Notes: generated by a model from the letters alone, not told the origin. A DNA stretch of 64,000 bases from Octopus sinensis (GCF_006345805.1 NC_043002.1:84568001-84632000); one strand, 5' to 3'; shown: positions 26,745 to 39,481, counted from the first letter of the stretch. Made by a program: numbers and translations.

Positions 26745-27377
26745 GGTACTGCTTATTTATATATATATTTATATATATATATACATACGTACATGTATGT
26801 ATATTTGTGAGAGTCTGTAAATGTTTACACTCTACTTCTTGACAAAATGTGACCTTCTAGATTGTCTAAAATGGGTAGTAACCAAGAATAGAAACTGACT
26901 TGGTCAGTGTTAACCTGTCCAACCCATGTCAGTCTGGAAAACAGATATCACATGATGATGATCTGTTCTTAGAATTAAACGATTTTCCAGAGCTAATTTT
27001 TACTGCTGGATTTATTAAAGAACAACTGTTGAATGTGCTTTGAACAACACATTAACCATTTGGTGATTGCTTTTTAGTGAATAAATTTTGTAAATTTATC
27101 CACAACATTATAATTAGATATTGTTTTGAAATTCTAATTTTAATAGAACCTCTACTTTTATATGTATTTCTAAAAAATAGTTTTATAATGCTTTTTATTC
27201 ACTAGATGTTATGGGAATTGCTCCTGCTATGGAAAAGGCTATATCTTATTGGTACTTCATAGAAATGGAGAAGGCTTAAGCAAACCTTGGTGGAATTTTG
27301 CCTCAGAATTCTGATATGATGATCATCATTTAACATCTGTTTTCCATGCTGGCATGGGTTGGACAGTTTGATTGGGC

Positions 27378-27680
27378 TTTAATGTACATTATTTAAATTT
27401 GATGGATATTTGTCCTCATTTTGTTTGTTGTTAACACAATGTTTCGGCTGATATACCCTCCAACCTTCATCAGATGTCTTGGGGAAATTTCAAACCTGGG
27501 TTCTCATTCCTAAGGTATTTTTTGATGTTATTATTATTCAGATCACTGCTTGGAATTGAACTCGGAATCTTGGGTTTAGTAGCCAGCGCTCTTAACCACT
27601 ATGACATATGCCTGTGGGACAAATATCCGTCTAATGTAAATAATGTACATAATTCCTCATCTCTTAAATATAGAACAGTT
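27378..27680 (-). mobile_element. tRNA-headed SINE-like element with minimal hammerhead ribozyme and inverted termini
   Basis: A box TAGTGGTTAAG (27591-27601), B box GAGTTCAATTCC (27552-27563), hammerhead-like core at 27433-27478, inverted repeat 27382-27414 / 27617-27650; inserted in another SINE with a 14-bp direct repeat. Confidence 0.75.
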
Positions 27681-28173
27681 TGACTGGGGTTGCACAAAGC
27701 TCCATTGTCTGTTTTGGCATGGTTTCTATGGCTGGATGTTCTTCCTAACACCACCCATTTAATGTACTGGGTATTTTTTATGTGGCACCAGTGATTTTAA
27801 CATTGACCCCAATGATAGTATACACTAGGAAATTCTCTCTGTTACATGCAATATATCAACTGATGTGCTATTTGTACTGATTGATATCTGTTAGCTATGT
27901 ATGAATGGAATCACATTATATTGATAATCACTTCATCTGACAGGAGCCAAATCAGTCATTTCTATGGATCAAGCTGGCTGGATCTGGCCTCTCACACATA
28001 CCCCACAATGTTATTCTAAAATTAAACAATCACATCATCAAAATCTCAAAGCAACAAGATAATGCATGACTAATACAAAACAATGTGGATGAATAAGCAT
28101 CACATTTGACAGTAATCTGAATGCTAAGATACTAAAGGTACACTAAAATGCTTTCTTTTTTTTTCTATTATAG

Positions 28174-28282
28174 TTCACCATCATTGGACAATGGTTAAGG
28201 TGAAAGGCAAAGGACCATGTCCTCGTCGGAGACAATGTTGCTGTGTGATTGGCTCTAGAGTATTTCTGTTTGGTGGCACAAG
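28174..28282 (+). CDS. KLHDC3: KLHDC3 coding exon 7 (VHHHWTMVKVKGKGPCPRRRQCCCVIGSRVFLFGGTS)
   Basis: ttttctattatag acceptor, GTTAGT donor, 109 nt, phase 1/2; KGKGPCPRRRQCCC is identical to KLHDC3. Confidence 0.96.
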
Positions 28283-29371
28283 GTTAGTATAGCTTTCTGA
28301 AATTATTTACAGAGTCAACAGAATTGTTTCCAGTTGTTTTTGTTTGTTTGTATCTTTCTTTATTTCTTCAGATTTGTTCATTCATGTGAGGATGTTTTTC
28401 TATGGTAGCATTTATTAGAGAGAGAAAGATCCTTAAGACAGGAATTTTACATGAAAATTCTTTCTTGAGAAAACTCTTGTTTTTTTTTTCTTTTTCCTAA
28501 TTGTTTGTACTGGAATCTCAGTACTAACTAAGTCATAGTTAGTTTCGATGTGATACAAAATAGAGAGTGAGGTGGAGGAAAGAAAATAGATGTAAGTTAT
28601 GTATGGGTATTGAATTCGTAAATCCATTTTATGGGCATAATGGTATGTATGTGTAATATTCCAATATCCTTTGAGTAAAATCCAAAAGTCCAACAGAGTT
28701 TAATATGAGTCCTTCCAAATATAGAGTTTATAAGCAATGTAAGATTCTCTTAAAGTTGGTCATTCCCAGTAGGGAATTTATATAGAGTGTATCATATTCA
28801 AGGTTTGTATTTAAACTGACCTAGAAATAGGGAGTGTGTTAGTATGGTTAAATTGAAAACAGGAAGAGAGGAATGACAAAAAAGGGGGGGGGGGGGGAGA
28901 AGGAGGAGGAGTGAAAGAAAGAAGAAAGAAGATTAGTGAAAATAAAAAAAAATAAAATACAGTATATATATATATATATATATATATATAATGTATATAT
29001 CAGTGTGTGTATGTATATACATATGTTGGTATATATACAGTCACAGATAAAAGAGGCTTCCGATTTCACAGCAGACATTGATTAGCCTTGGACTATAGAA
29101 GACACACAAGTACTACACAGTGGGATTGAACCTGAAACCATGAAGTTGATAACTTTTTAACCATAGAGCTATGCCTACACCTTGATATAGTTAAAAACAA
29201 GTTATATTGAAAAATTTAATCGAATGAAAGCAAGTTTCCATAAGTGTTTGTCTGCCTGCCTTTTTATCTAGCATTATTGGAACTTTATGGACTATTGAAA
29301 CTTTAAGGGAATATCTAAGTATTGTGCTTTAATGTGTTCAGTTATTAATGTTACATTTTTCTTTATTGTAG

Positions 29372-29454
29372 CCCTACCAATCCACAAAATGAAGCTAATG
29401 AAGAAAATGATATGGATCTCTATGACCATTCAGATCTTCACGTTTTGGATTTTG
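29372..29454 (+). CDS. KLHDC3: KLHDC3 coding exon 8 (PTNPQNEANEENDMDLYDHSDLHVLDF)
   Basis: ctttattgtag acceptor, GTAATA donor, 83 nt, phase 2/1; DHSDLHVLDF motif. Confidence 0.94.
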
Positions 29455-30887
29455 GTAATAATGATAATAATCTATAATTATTTTTTTATACATTTTTATA
29501 CATTTTTTATACATTTAGTCCCTCTTACCTCTGCTTTCTCTGAGCACTTTCTAATAATCCAGCTGTACACATTGTAAAAACAATTAGTAATCTTTAGATT
29601 TATAGAAGGGAGCAATCAGTAATAGTCTTTTCTGCCTTCATCAAAGGCAATAATGGCATGAATGAAGCGATTTCACTATGAGCAGAAATTAAGAAGGTAC
29701 ATTGTATTAAACAAAATTCCCATTCTTATACACAACATTTACATGTTATTTTGTTTCTTATGTCTATGCTCCTGCATTCAATCTGTTCTGGATGAATCCT
29801 AACCCATTTTCCTAATGCCCATCCCTCACACAATTTATCGTCCTAACACCAGGTGTGGTCCCAGGAATTTTTCGAAGACAGCGCACAAGGTCAGAAAGGA
29901 ATACAGTTCCAAGAGGAAAGGGTGTAATAACATTATTTAGAAGGGCACAGTTCTTGAGTGGGGCACATGCCCCTCAGCCCCCCCCCCCCGCCGTCTGCCC
30001 CCTGAACACCCACCCTTCCATTTCTGTACAACCCTGCCATTACCTCTGTCCATCTCCCACCATTTCTACCCACATGTACCTCTAACTTCATCCCCAGCAC
30101 TGTGCATCTACACATCACCCCCATTCACTTCACATAATTTTTGCTGCCACCCATCACCTGACCCACACTTCTTACACGTTTCCCTCCAACTGATATTTAT
30201 GAGTGTCCACCACTTATTGCATTTCCCTCTATTCATCTGCTTACTTGCCTCTCACATTCCCATGATTTTATTCAATCATACCACTTCTCTTATTTTCACT
30301 TCCCTGCAACTTGAAGGTATGCCCTCCACAGCTTCTCTTTCAATATGGGTAACCTTGTATCTCTCCTATAGCAACAAACCTGTTCTTGATCCTCTGAGAT
30401 ACTTAAGTGTTTTGTCACTTAGCACAAAGCCACCTCCCTCAATATTATTCCTGTTCCCCCACCTTAGTTGAGTGATCTTGTCTTGCAAGTTACTTGGTCA
30501 CATAACTAATGCTGGTATCCTGTAAAAAAAAACACCCAGTACACTCTGGAAAGTGGTTGGCATTAGGAAGGGCATCCAGCTGTAGAAACCATGTTAAAAC
30601 AGACATTGGAGCTTAATGCTGTCCTCTGGCTTTCCAGCTCCTCTCAAACCTTTTGACCCACACCAGCATGGAAAACAGACATTAAATAATGATCATGATG
30701 ATGATTATATTTTGTCTTTGTTTATCGATTTGTCCCTAGCATGATGACAAAGGCACTACATGTCCCATTAATTAATAGAACATGGGTGGCCTTGTTTCAT
30801 CATTATAGTTTTCAAAGCTGATAGTACCTGCTCCTCACAGTGGTTTATTGCCTTAATTTTCCTCTGTCTGAGATACACTAGTATCAA

Positions 30888-31444
30888 TCAATCAATGAAA
30901 TTCAAACTTGTACTTGAACAGCTGGATCTGGTGTAAACCATGAACGATTCGTTAGACACACAATCCTTAACAAAGAATGCATGATGAGATGAAAAATTGC
31001 CGGAAGAATGTGACGTGCCCAAATCTTCCATAACTAGTTTCTTGACAACTTGAATGAACAGGGCTGGATGCAACGGTGGGCTTTTTCCTTGAATGTGGCA
31101 TGGTACCAGCAAAGATTGGAAACCGTTGGAGTAGAACTAGACAACCGTGACTTTGAATGGCTTCTGTTGTGAGGGCAATGAGAGCTGGCACACTCTCGCC
31201 ACAATGTGTCCATGTGACATACTAATGCATTTACTCTCTCCAAAATGTCATCACGTGACAAAGGAAAAGATATTGTGGTAGTAGAGGAAGCTACTACAGT
31301 GTCTGAACAAGTATGGTAAGGTGCAGGCTGCACAGTGAACTCGATGATCTCATCTGCCATGGTGGCTATCTGATTGAGTGAATTTGAGTCGACTGCTGTG
31401 GCCAGCATAGATTGGACATTCGGTGGCAGCTGAGAGAAAAACAA
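30888..31444 (-). mobile_element. Ty3/gypsy LTR retrotransposon relic (gag C-terminus / protease start)
   Basis: LCWYHATFKEKAHRCIQPCSF gag knuckle followed by FFVKDCVSNESFMVYTRSS (decayed FLVDTGS protease motif). Confidence 0.75.
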
Positions 31445-31918
31445 TTTCCTCAGCAGAGGATTGTCGTCAAGTGGTGTTTTGTAGCATTTTGTCTGTCTTT
31501 ACGCTGTGAGTTCAAATACTACTGAGATCGATTTTGCCCTCCATCCTTTTGGCATTGATAAAATAAGTACCAGTTGAACTCTGGCGGGGCCGATATAATC
31601 AACTTACTCACTCCCCTGAAATTGCTGGCCTTGTGCTAAAATTTGAGATCAATCTTAATCAGTCAAATAAGTTTCACTGAAAGTATCTATCCATTATCAA
31701 AACAATGAAGGACAATCATGTTTGTATGTGTGTGTTTGTGAGTGTTCATGGTTGTATGTGAGTATTTGCAAGTGTCTGAATGTTTGCCTAGCATGTTTCC
31801 TATTTTTGTGTGTTTGAAGAAGACAGTGAGTGAGAAGAAGAGAAAAAAGAATTTCTAAGTAGTGCGGTTTTGGTGTTTTGAACACTGCTGATATATAATC
31901 TGTTTTGTGTTATTTCAG

Positions 31919-31997
31919 CTCCAACTTTGAAGATGTTGTGTGAGTTAGTTGTTTTGGAACATAATTTGGATACAAGTCTGTTACCATTAGATATAAG
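31919..31997 (+). CDS. KLHDC3: KLHDC3 coding exon 9, BC-box/Cul2-box (APTLKMLCELVVLEHNLDTSLLPLDIR)
   Basis: ttatttcag acceptor, GTATGT donor, 79 nt, phase 1/2; T-L-x-x-L-C BC-box and LP Cullin-box. Confidence 0.94.
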
Positions 31998-32431
31998 GTA
32001 TGTACATAACGCGTTTTAAATGTTTAAATAGATAGGTGAAATTCATTCTGTGCAGGTAAGCAAAAAGATATTTTAAAATATATTTGATGCACAACACTGA
32101 AGCATACTTTTAAATAATACTATTCTTCACATTGTTATTTATGGTTGCTGCCTCCCACACAACACACATGTATACATACATATATATAAATATATGTTTT
32201 ATAATAAAGACCACAAGCCTTGCAAAATACAACCACCCAGAGTTTCCCTGATGGAATAGTTTATTCCATCATTTATCAAGATACACGACGGTTTGTTATA
32301 ACTGCATTTGATGTGAAAGACGTTTGAATGAGAATATGGTATTAAGAAAAAACTGTGCAAATATCACAGGGGAAATAATAAACCCCTCAGCAAACATAAC
32401 CAGTGTCTTATGGATACTCTCTCTCTCTCTC

Positions 32432-32638
32432 TCTTACTCTTTTACTTGTTTCAGTCATTTGACTGCGGCCATGCTGGAGCACCGCCTTTAGTCAAACAAA
32501 TCGATCCCGGCACTTATTCTTTGTAAGCCCAGTACTTATTCTATCACTCTCTTTTGCCGAACCGCTAAGATACGGGTACGTAAACACACCAGCATCGGTT
32601 GTCAAGCAATGCTAGGGGGACAAACACAGACACACAAA

Positions 32639-32640
<2 letters not shown>
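32432..32640 (-). mobile_element. SINE family D (tail shared with the CR1-type LINE)
   Basis: Minus-strand 3' end ggcggtgctccagcatggccgcagtcaaatgactgaaacaagtaaaagag; also at 38325-38530 and 23800-24000, with short tails at 9020-9060 and 54164-54200. Confidence 0.85.
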
Positions 32641-32686
<46 letters not shown>

Positions 32687-32694
32687 CATATATA

Positions 32695-32856
32695 CGACGG
32701 GCTTCTTTCAGTTTCCGTCTCACAAATCCACTCACAAGGCTTTGGTCGGCCCGAGGCTATAGTAGAAGACACTTGCCCAAGATGCCACGCAGTGGGACTG
32801 AACCCGGAACCATGTGGTTGGTAAGCAAGCTACTTACCACGCAGCCACTCCTGCGC
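32695..32856 (-). mobile_element. tRNA-derived SINE family B (representative young copy)
   Basis: Head gcgcaggagtggctgcgtggtaag...ggttccgggttcagtcccactg; other copies at about 9255, 12225, 17350, 18520, 21680, 22170, 24063, 24260, 25230, 29040, 38600, 40220, 56000. Confidence 0.85.
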
Positions 32857-34200
32857 ATATCAAAATTATATAAACCAGACTGGAATGGTTTATGATGTGT
32901 CTGGTGGTTGTTCTTTAATTTCCATTAATATGCATTTTTAAAAATGCAGGCATAAAGAAAATGTCTTGTTTCTGGTATTCACACACTCATTGGAGGTTCT
33001 TAAGTTTTTTTAAAAGATACAATTTTTTCAAGGGAACATATCAAACATTACCTAACCTGTTAATATAGTGTTTGGTTTAGGAAAGATTTTCCATTTGATG
33101 TAGCACAGTTCTTGTCCTCAGGTTTCCAGATTAATGCTGAAAGGGTTGTTATATGTCCCTTCTCACAGTGTCTGATGGTTGAAAGATGGTTGTGGTACCT
33201 GGATTTATCTCTACATGTGCATCCAGGACAGGCCTGACTCACTGGTTGTTTATTGATATAGGCCTTTTTTAATAGGGGGGCATGAAAATGTGATTTTAGC
33301 CATGTGCCTATTAATCCTTTGTAGATGGGATGCGGTACTGATCGCATCAAAACACTGTAATCCAATTCTGCGCATGCATGCTGAAACTTCCACAGTAGCG
33401 TCACTATATATTTAAAGCTGTTGAATTTGTGCCAATTTATATGATTTACTTTCTAACTCATTTGACATGAGTTCTAAATTATTCTTACTTGGGCTGAAGT
33501 CATTGTGTTTAGTTTTTTTTCGTATTTCAAAGTTTGTTCTGCTGTCTTCTTTGAAAATGTGTAACTTTTGCATGGAATGTGTCAAATGATATATTGTAAA
33601 TGTGCAACTTTTGCTTAAACTAAACCTGCTACACATGTTTAACCTGTTTGTGAAATCATGTAACCTTGTGTAATTATGTATATATTTTGGTAGTTTTGAT
33701 TACATATAGATGTACATTTGTGAAATTGAATACATATACATCATCTTTGAAACTTAATGTAGAATAATGAGTGAATCATTGACTACCACATTGTACATAT
33801 TAAAACTAATGAAACCTGTTTATTAATTAGGAAGTGCTAAATAATTTTATTTTCCTCTTATTTTTGGCAATTTTATGCACATTCTCATACTCTCATTAGC
33901 AACTTTCATCATGTGCATTTTGTAACATTACCTTCAATTGGAAAAAAAAATGAATATTCATGCATTCAAACCAAAATGTAATTGTCACAAAGCTTAGTAA
34001 AACACCTGTCATTATTGATGGTTTGAGTACTCTAGTTAATAAATATTGCTTTGTCATGTAAGATGACCTGTGGACTTGGCTGCCGGTTTGCCCTTAACAA
34101 ATATATATGTATATATTTTACTGGTGAACCCGAAGAATAAAGTGTTATTTATTGTATGTAACATTATGCCAGTTATGTCAACTCTTACTGTCTGTTACAG

Positions 34201-34264
34201 GTGGGAACTGCGCGTCATGACAACCAACAATGTGATTACAAAGCCAAGCAACTCAACAGGCTAA
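34201..34264 (+). CDS. KLHDC3: KLHDC3 last coding exon (WELRVMTTNNVITKPSNSTG*)
   Basis: tctgttacag acceptor at 34200, TAA at 34262-34264; matches the KLHDC3 end (WEL..MTTN..I..P...G). Exons sum to 1164 nt, in frame. Confidence 0.94.
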
Positions 34265-35119
34265 GAACTCTACTTAACAGAAAGAAAGAAAAAAAGAAAG
34301 AAAAACCAAAATAGCAGGTGGATTTTCTCTCCAAGCAGTGGACATTGGAATTTTGGAAACAGCTGTAATTGTTTTATTTGTATTTTTTTAACTTTTTTTT
34401 TTAATGCTGTTGAGGAACTGATCAAATCTCTTGCCACAGTGAAGGAATTTTGGAAGAAGGTAACAATAAAAAGAAAACCGAAACAATATGGTAAATATGG
34501 TAAATACTTGGAAAAAAATAGGAAGAAACATGGAGTAGGGAAACGATGGGAGGCAATGCTGGATATTAAGAAAAGACTTGTGAATTTGATGGAAGAAAAA
34601 AAAAAGTTTCAGATAAAGAAATAACAACAACAAAGCCCAAATGTATTTGAAAGAGTTGACTTGTAAATTTGTTAGAGATGTAGAACTATTATTGTGGCAG
34701 TTTGGTTTAGGGTGCCATTTTAATGTGAAGGGGCAGGGACTGAACTCTGAAATCACACAAATATATACTTGCATGCACAACATGTGTGCATTCACATGTA
34801 TGCATGCACATGTGCACTCTCTCTTTCTCTCTCTCTCACACACATACACTCAAACACATAAACATTACATACACACACATTTCACACACACATGCACACA
34901 CACACACACGTGTGTATGTGTGTGTGTGTGCAAATTGTTTCCATCAGATTTGAGGCGTGATTAATTTAAAACATATGCAGACCTACCCCTTTCTTCTGTC
35001 TCTACATGTTTGTCTACATGCAATTGTATGTCTATATACATGTGAGAGAGAAAGAGAGAGAGAGTGAGAGACAAAGGGAATGTATGTGTGTGTGTATAAT
35101 ATATATGTGTGTGTGAATG

Positions 35120-35167
<48 letters not shown>

Positions 35168-37172
35168 AAAGCATATAAGAAAGCTTTTATGTGTACATTC
35201 TTATGCATCTGTATACACATGCTTGCATGTTCACATAGACTTGCTTGTATTTATTAGCTATTCCAGCTAAAGGTGTGTGAGTGAGTGAGTGAAAGGGGAA
35301 ACGAGGTTTGATTTAATACACTGTGATAAATGCTAAAGCACAACTGAACACAAAGCTCCTTCATCTCTATGCTCCTGATTTTTCTGCTAGAGTGCTTCTA
35401 ACGAGAGCAGTCTTTTGTTTCTCCATTTCAGCTTGGTTTCTTATGCTTTTAAGATTTCAGTTTTAACTAATGGCTTCTTTCATCCCTTATAAGTCTACTC
35501 TATTCCCTTTCGACTAGCTTAGCTTCTCTCCTAACATTTTACTTGTCTTTCCCTTATTCTTTCCCATACTCTATTTCCTCTCCCTTCTTGTCTGCCTCTC
35601 TTTCTCTCTCTTGACTTTTTATTCTTGACCCCTCCCCTCTGTATTCTACATTGCAGAAGAAGAAACACTTCTGTAGATAATTTTGGTTGACTTTAGATGT
35701 TTGTAGTTCAGTGGTTTAGGTCAAAAGTTACTTCTGTATGTCAAGGTAATTCATCTAACCTAAACTGTTTCAGTAATTCACAACAATAGATCATCAATTG
35801 GTCAAATATAGACCATTGATATCAACTGGTCAAATAATAGAATATCACTTGGTCAAATAGAGATTATCAACTGGTTGAACAATATATCAGTTAATTGCTT
35901 AGACCATCAAGTGGTTAAACGTGATGTCATTAACACTTGATATTCTAATATTAGATGTTAGACCATTGAGTGGGCAAATGAGAGATAATTACTTGGTCAA
36001 ATACACATTATCAAATGACTGGTCATCGCTTGTCAAATAGAGACTATCTGTTGGTCAAATGATCACTCATCAAGTGGTCAAACAATTGATAATCAAATGG
36101 GTTAAATGTTATATCAACTGGTCAATTGTTAGACCATCAATAGGTCGAATAATAAATCAAAAGTTGGTCAAGTATTTCTGTCTCTTATTTGGCCAGCTGG
36201 TAACCTTTCAATTCTCAGTGATTTGAACTGCTGCGACTGCTAGCTTATTCCTTTGCTGCTGCAGTTAAGACGAGACAGTTGATACCTCTCACTCACAATA
36301 TAATCTTTGTATTCCAACAGAAAAACAAACTTGACCTTCATCTGCAATTAGTGAAGACCTAGAAGAGGGAATTAATATTTCTGCTTGAGGAATATGGTCA
36401 CAGACGATTCCAAAGATCCACTTTGGTGACGGACAGTGCTAACAGTCATAAATGTTTAGCTACAAATTATTCACTCCCTGCTATCAAAAGCAGTTGATGA
36501 ACTGCATTGGGCTTTATAATTTTTCGTTTCTTTTACCACCATTTACGATTTTTTTTTCATTTTATTTTCAAATCCACTTTTTTTTCATCCTTTATTTATC
36601 TCAAACTGCAACATTTTTTTTTTTTTGTTATTAAAAATTTAAAGAAACTTCTCTATATTTATTAAAGCTTTCTTTTTCTCTGTGCTGATTACTAAAGCCG
36701 TTTTTTTTCTTTCCTATTTGTTTTATTTTTATGCTAACAAATGTTTCTTTTTCATTTGAAATGGTCAGTAATGTTTCCTTTTTCTCTGCCTGTAATTCTC
36801 AGTCATGCTTTTCATTTCTCAATGTTTTTTGTTTTTATTTAAGAAAATTACTTCTGTGTGTTAATTACATTTATTAGCAGCTCTCTCTCTGTTCTCATGC
36901 TGTAACAACAACAACAACTGCTATGAATCTGTGCAGCACTCTTTATATCTTACTGCAGTCAGGCTTCACCTGCGCACCCCTGCTCAAAGTTGGTTGCTTT
37001 GTGGCAACCGCATATTACATAATGCGCCCACATTTTTTTGTTCCCATACATCATTCCATTGTATAATCAGGTGACATTTTTGAAAGAGGATTTCATATAG
37101 TAAAATGACCATTCTGCTTTTATTCAAATTGAAAACTGGTGTATTTGAAGTATGCGTGTGTGTGCGTGTGTG

Positions 37173-37213
<41 letters not shown>

Positions 37214-37470
37214 GTGTATCTTTCTTTCCCTCTGACTAACTATTGATGTGTGTGCAGTTGTGTGTTGCTCCTCTTGTGTTTCAATCTCTGTAAATATGTA
37301 TAAGTGGATTATTTTCTAAGTTACTTCATATCTACTTTGTTTTCTGTGCCTGTTTTGGTGAAACACAGATTTGAGGTTTTTAAAAGGGTTCATCTTGTTT
37401 CACTTTTTAATGGTATTGCTAATAAAGATGACTCGAAAGTAATTCTTGTCATTCTCATCAACCAGTCAGT
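34265..37470 (+). other. KLHDC3: Putative long 3' UTR of KLHDC3
   Basis: SINE-free AU-rich stretch after the stop; AATAAA at 37421-37426 followed by a GT-rich tract. Earlier AATAAA hexamers exist, so the end is uncertain. Confidence 0.3.
35786..36172 (+). repeat. Degenerate minisatellite, core TCAAnTGGTCAAAT, about 15 copies
   Basis: Core recurs every 20-25 bp with variable spacers. Confidence 0.8.
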
Positions 37471-37671
37471 GTTGTTTTTTGTCTTACATCATTAAGTTTA
37501 TTTGATAATAAGTAATTTATATGTCAGAGTTTGAACTCAACATTGCAAGACAGCATCGAACTTTTAAATTATATCATGTATAACATCTCTCTTCTTTATA
37601 GCAATGAGCTGTAGCACCCGACATCTCTTTCTCTCTCTACACACACAGACTCATAAATGTATGTACATATA

Positions 37672-37886
37672 CAAGGGGTACTGAAAAGTACCTGACTTTA
37701 GGTAAAAGAGAATTCAGGAGGATCAGTTAATTATGATTTTATTCAACATATTCCCCTCTCAGATTCACACACCTATTGCAGCAGTCCTTCAGTTTTTCTA
37801 AGCCCTATAAAAGAACTTAGAAGGTTGGGCCTCCAATCAGGCCTTTCATGATACCTTAAAGCCAGGAACCTTTCAACACCTCCTTG
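37672..37886. mobile_element. mariner-type MITE
   Basis: TA|CAAGGGGTACTGAAAAGTACCTG ... CAGGAACCTTTCAACACCTCCTTG|TA. Confidence 0.7.
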
Positions 37887-37971
37887 TACATATTAATCTA
37901 CCTTAGAGTAACCCATATGGAGGAAGTAGTTGATGTTATGCTGGTACATTTACAGACACTTAAACGAAATA

Positions 37972-38544
37972 CGAGATGGCATCAAAAAATTCCCAGACTA
38001 GTTTAATAAAAAAATAACAGGTTTTAGCATTGTCTCCTTTGAAATAGTCACCTTGCACAGCAATACACCGGTACCCCCATGCCTGTCACTTTTGGAATCC
38101 AGTCTGGAAGATGTTTTTCATAAGTGAGTTGAGGACCTGCAATTTGCTCCAGATCTCAACAATGGTGTTAGAACAATGACCTTTGAGTTGCATTTTCATC
38201 TTGGGGAAGAGATGGAAGTTTGCAGGTGCTAAACCTGGTGAATAGGGCAACTGCGGAAGCAATAGGATATTAATATTCAGAAGTATCAGATATTTACATA
38301 TACATACATATATATATATATATACTCTACTCTTTACTCTTTTACTTGTTTCAGTCAGTTGACTGCGGCCATGCTGGAGCACCGCCTTTAGTCAAGCAAC
38401 TCGACCCCGGGGCTTATTCTTTGTAAGCCCAGTACTTATTCTATTGGTCTCTTGCCGAACTGCTAAGTGACGAGGACATAAACACACCAGCATCGGTTGT
38501 CAAGCAATGCTAGGGGGACAAACACAGACACACAAACATACACG

Positions 38545-38601
<57 letters not shown>

Positions 38602-39240
38602 CCATGTGGTTGGTAAGCAAGCTACTTACCACACAGCCACTCCTGCGCTGGTTTTGGTGAGATGTTGGTTTTAGTGAGAAACTCGCTAGTGTGGGGTGCT
38701 CGGTGACGGTGTATATTGTTGCGAAGAATCCAATTTTTCACCCTCCACAGATCCTGTCACTTTTGCCAAATGACCTCCTTCAAATGCTTCCAAATATCAC
38801 AGTTGAACTCTTGATTGATTGTCTGACTCTGGGGGATGAATTCTCAATGTCAAAAAACAAATGAGCATGCTCTTGATTGAGCTGTGGCTCTGTTGTGCCA
38901 TTTGAAACGCCCGTGCCACTTGAAACATTATGCACAATGTACTGCATCATTGTAAGCTTGCTGAAGCATGCTCAGCATCTCTGTAGCTAACTTCACAAGT
39001 TTAATGCTTAATTTCATGGCTTTTTGTTCCAACTTCCTATCTATGACATAAACTGCAGATTACAGCATACATGTAATAACAAAAGACACAAATTTCACAA
39101 CTTGCACAATAAACACACTGATGTCACTTGGCACACTGCCTCACAAAGATCACTGCTAGCATTCACTGCACACACAACTGTATGCTGCCACCTATTGGTG
39201 CGCTGCAGAACTAGTCTGGTAACTTTTTGATACCACCTAG
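37972..39240 (-). mobile_element. Degenerate mariner transposon with nested SINEs
   Basis: TIRs TA|CGAGATGGCATCAAAAAATTCCCAGACTAGT and ACTAGTCTGGTAACTTTTTGATACCACCTAG|TA. Minus-strand transposase relics QTINQEF...WILRNNIHRHRAPHTSEFL and LPYSPGLAPANFHLFPKMK...QGDYF. Confidence 0.85.
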
Positions 39241-39258
39241 TATACTGGGGGTAGTTAA

Positions 39259-39481
39259 CCCTTTAGCATTTAAACCATCCATATCCAACCCAAATGTTCT
39301 ACCTGTTTTATGTTCAGACTGGTCAGATCCAGCATCTTGCACTTATCTTACAATGTCATTCTGAAAATGTACAGTCATATCATTCAAATCTCAAAGCTGC
39401 AAGGTAATGTAAGATTAATTCAAAACGTTATGAATAAAAAATAAGCATTACATTTGACAAAGTTATCTGAATGCTAAAGGG
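39259..39481. mobile_element. piggyBac-type MITE (TTAA TSD)
   Basis: TTAA|CCCTTTAGCATT ... AATGCTAAAGGG|TTAA; a partial related copy lies at about 27910-28130. Confidence 0.8.

Noticed and set aside
33060-33636. Minus-strand ORFs of 114 and 74 aa in intron 9
   Set aside because: No recognisable motifs, and length is compatible with chance.
34388-34964. Overlapping ORFs after the KLHDC3 stop
   Set aside because: Low-complexity 3' UTR and microsatellite sequence.
36321-36351. Alternative terminal exon (acceptor ttccaacag giving R-KTNLTFICN*); similar acceptor at about 35656
   Set aside because: Only a generic AG after pyrimidines, no homology support, and it would lose the conserved C-terminus. 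Needs RNA-seq.
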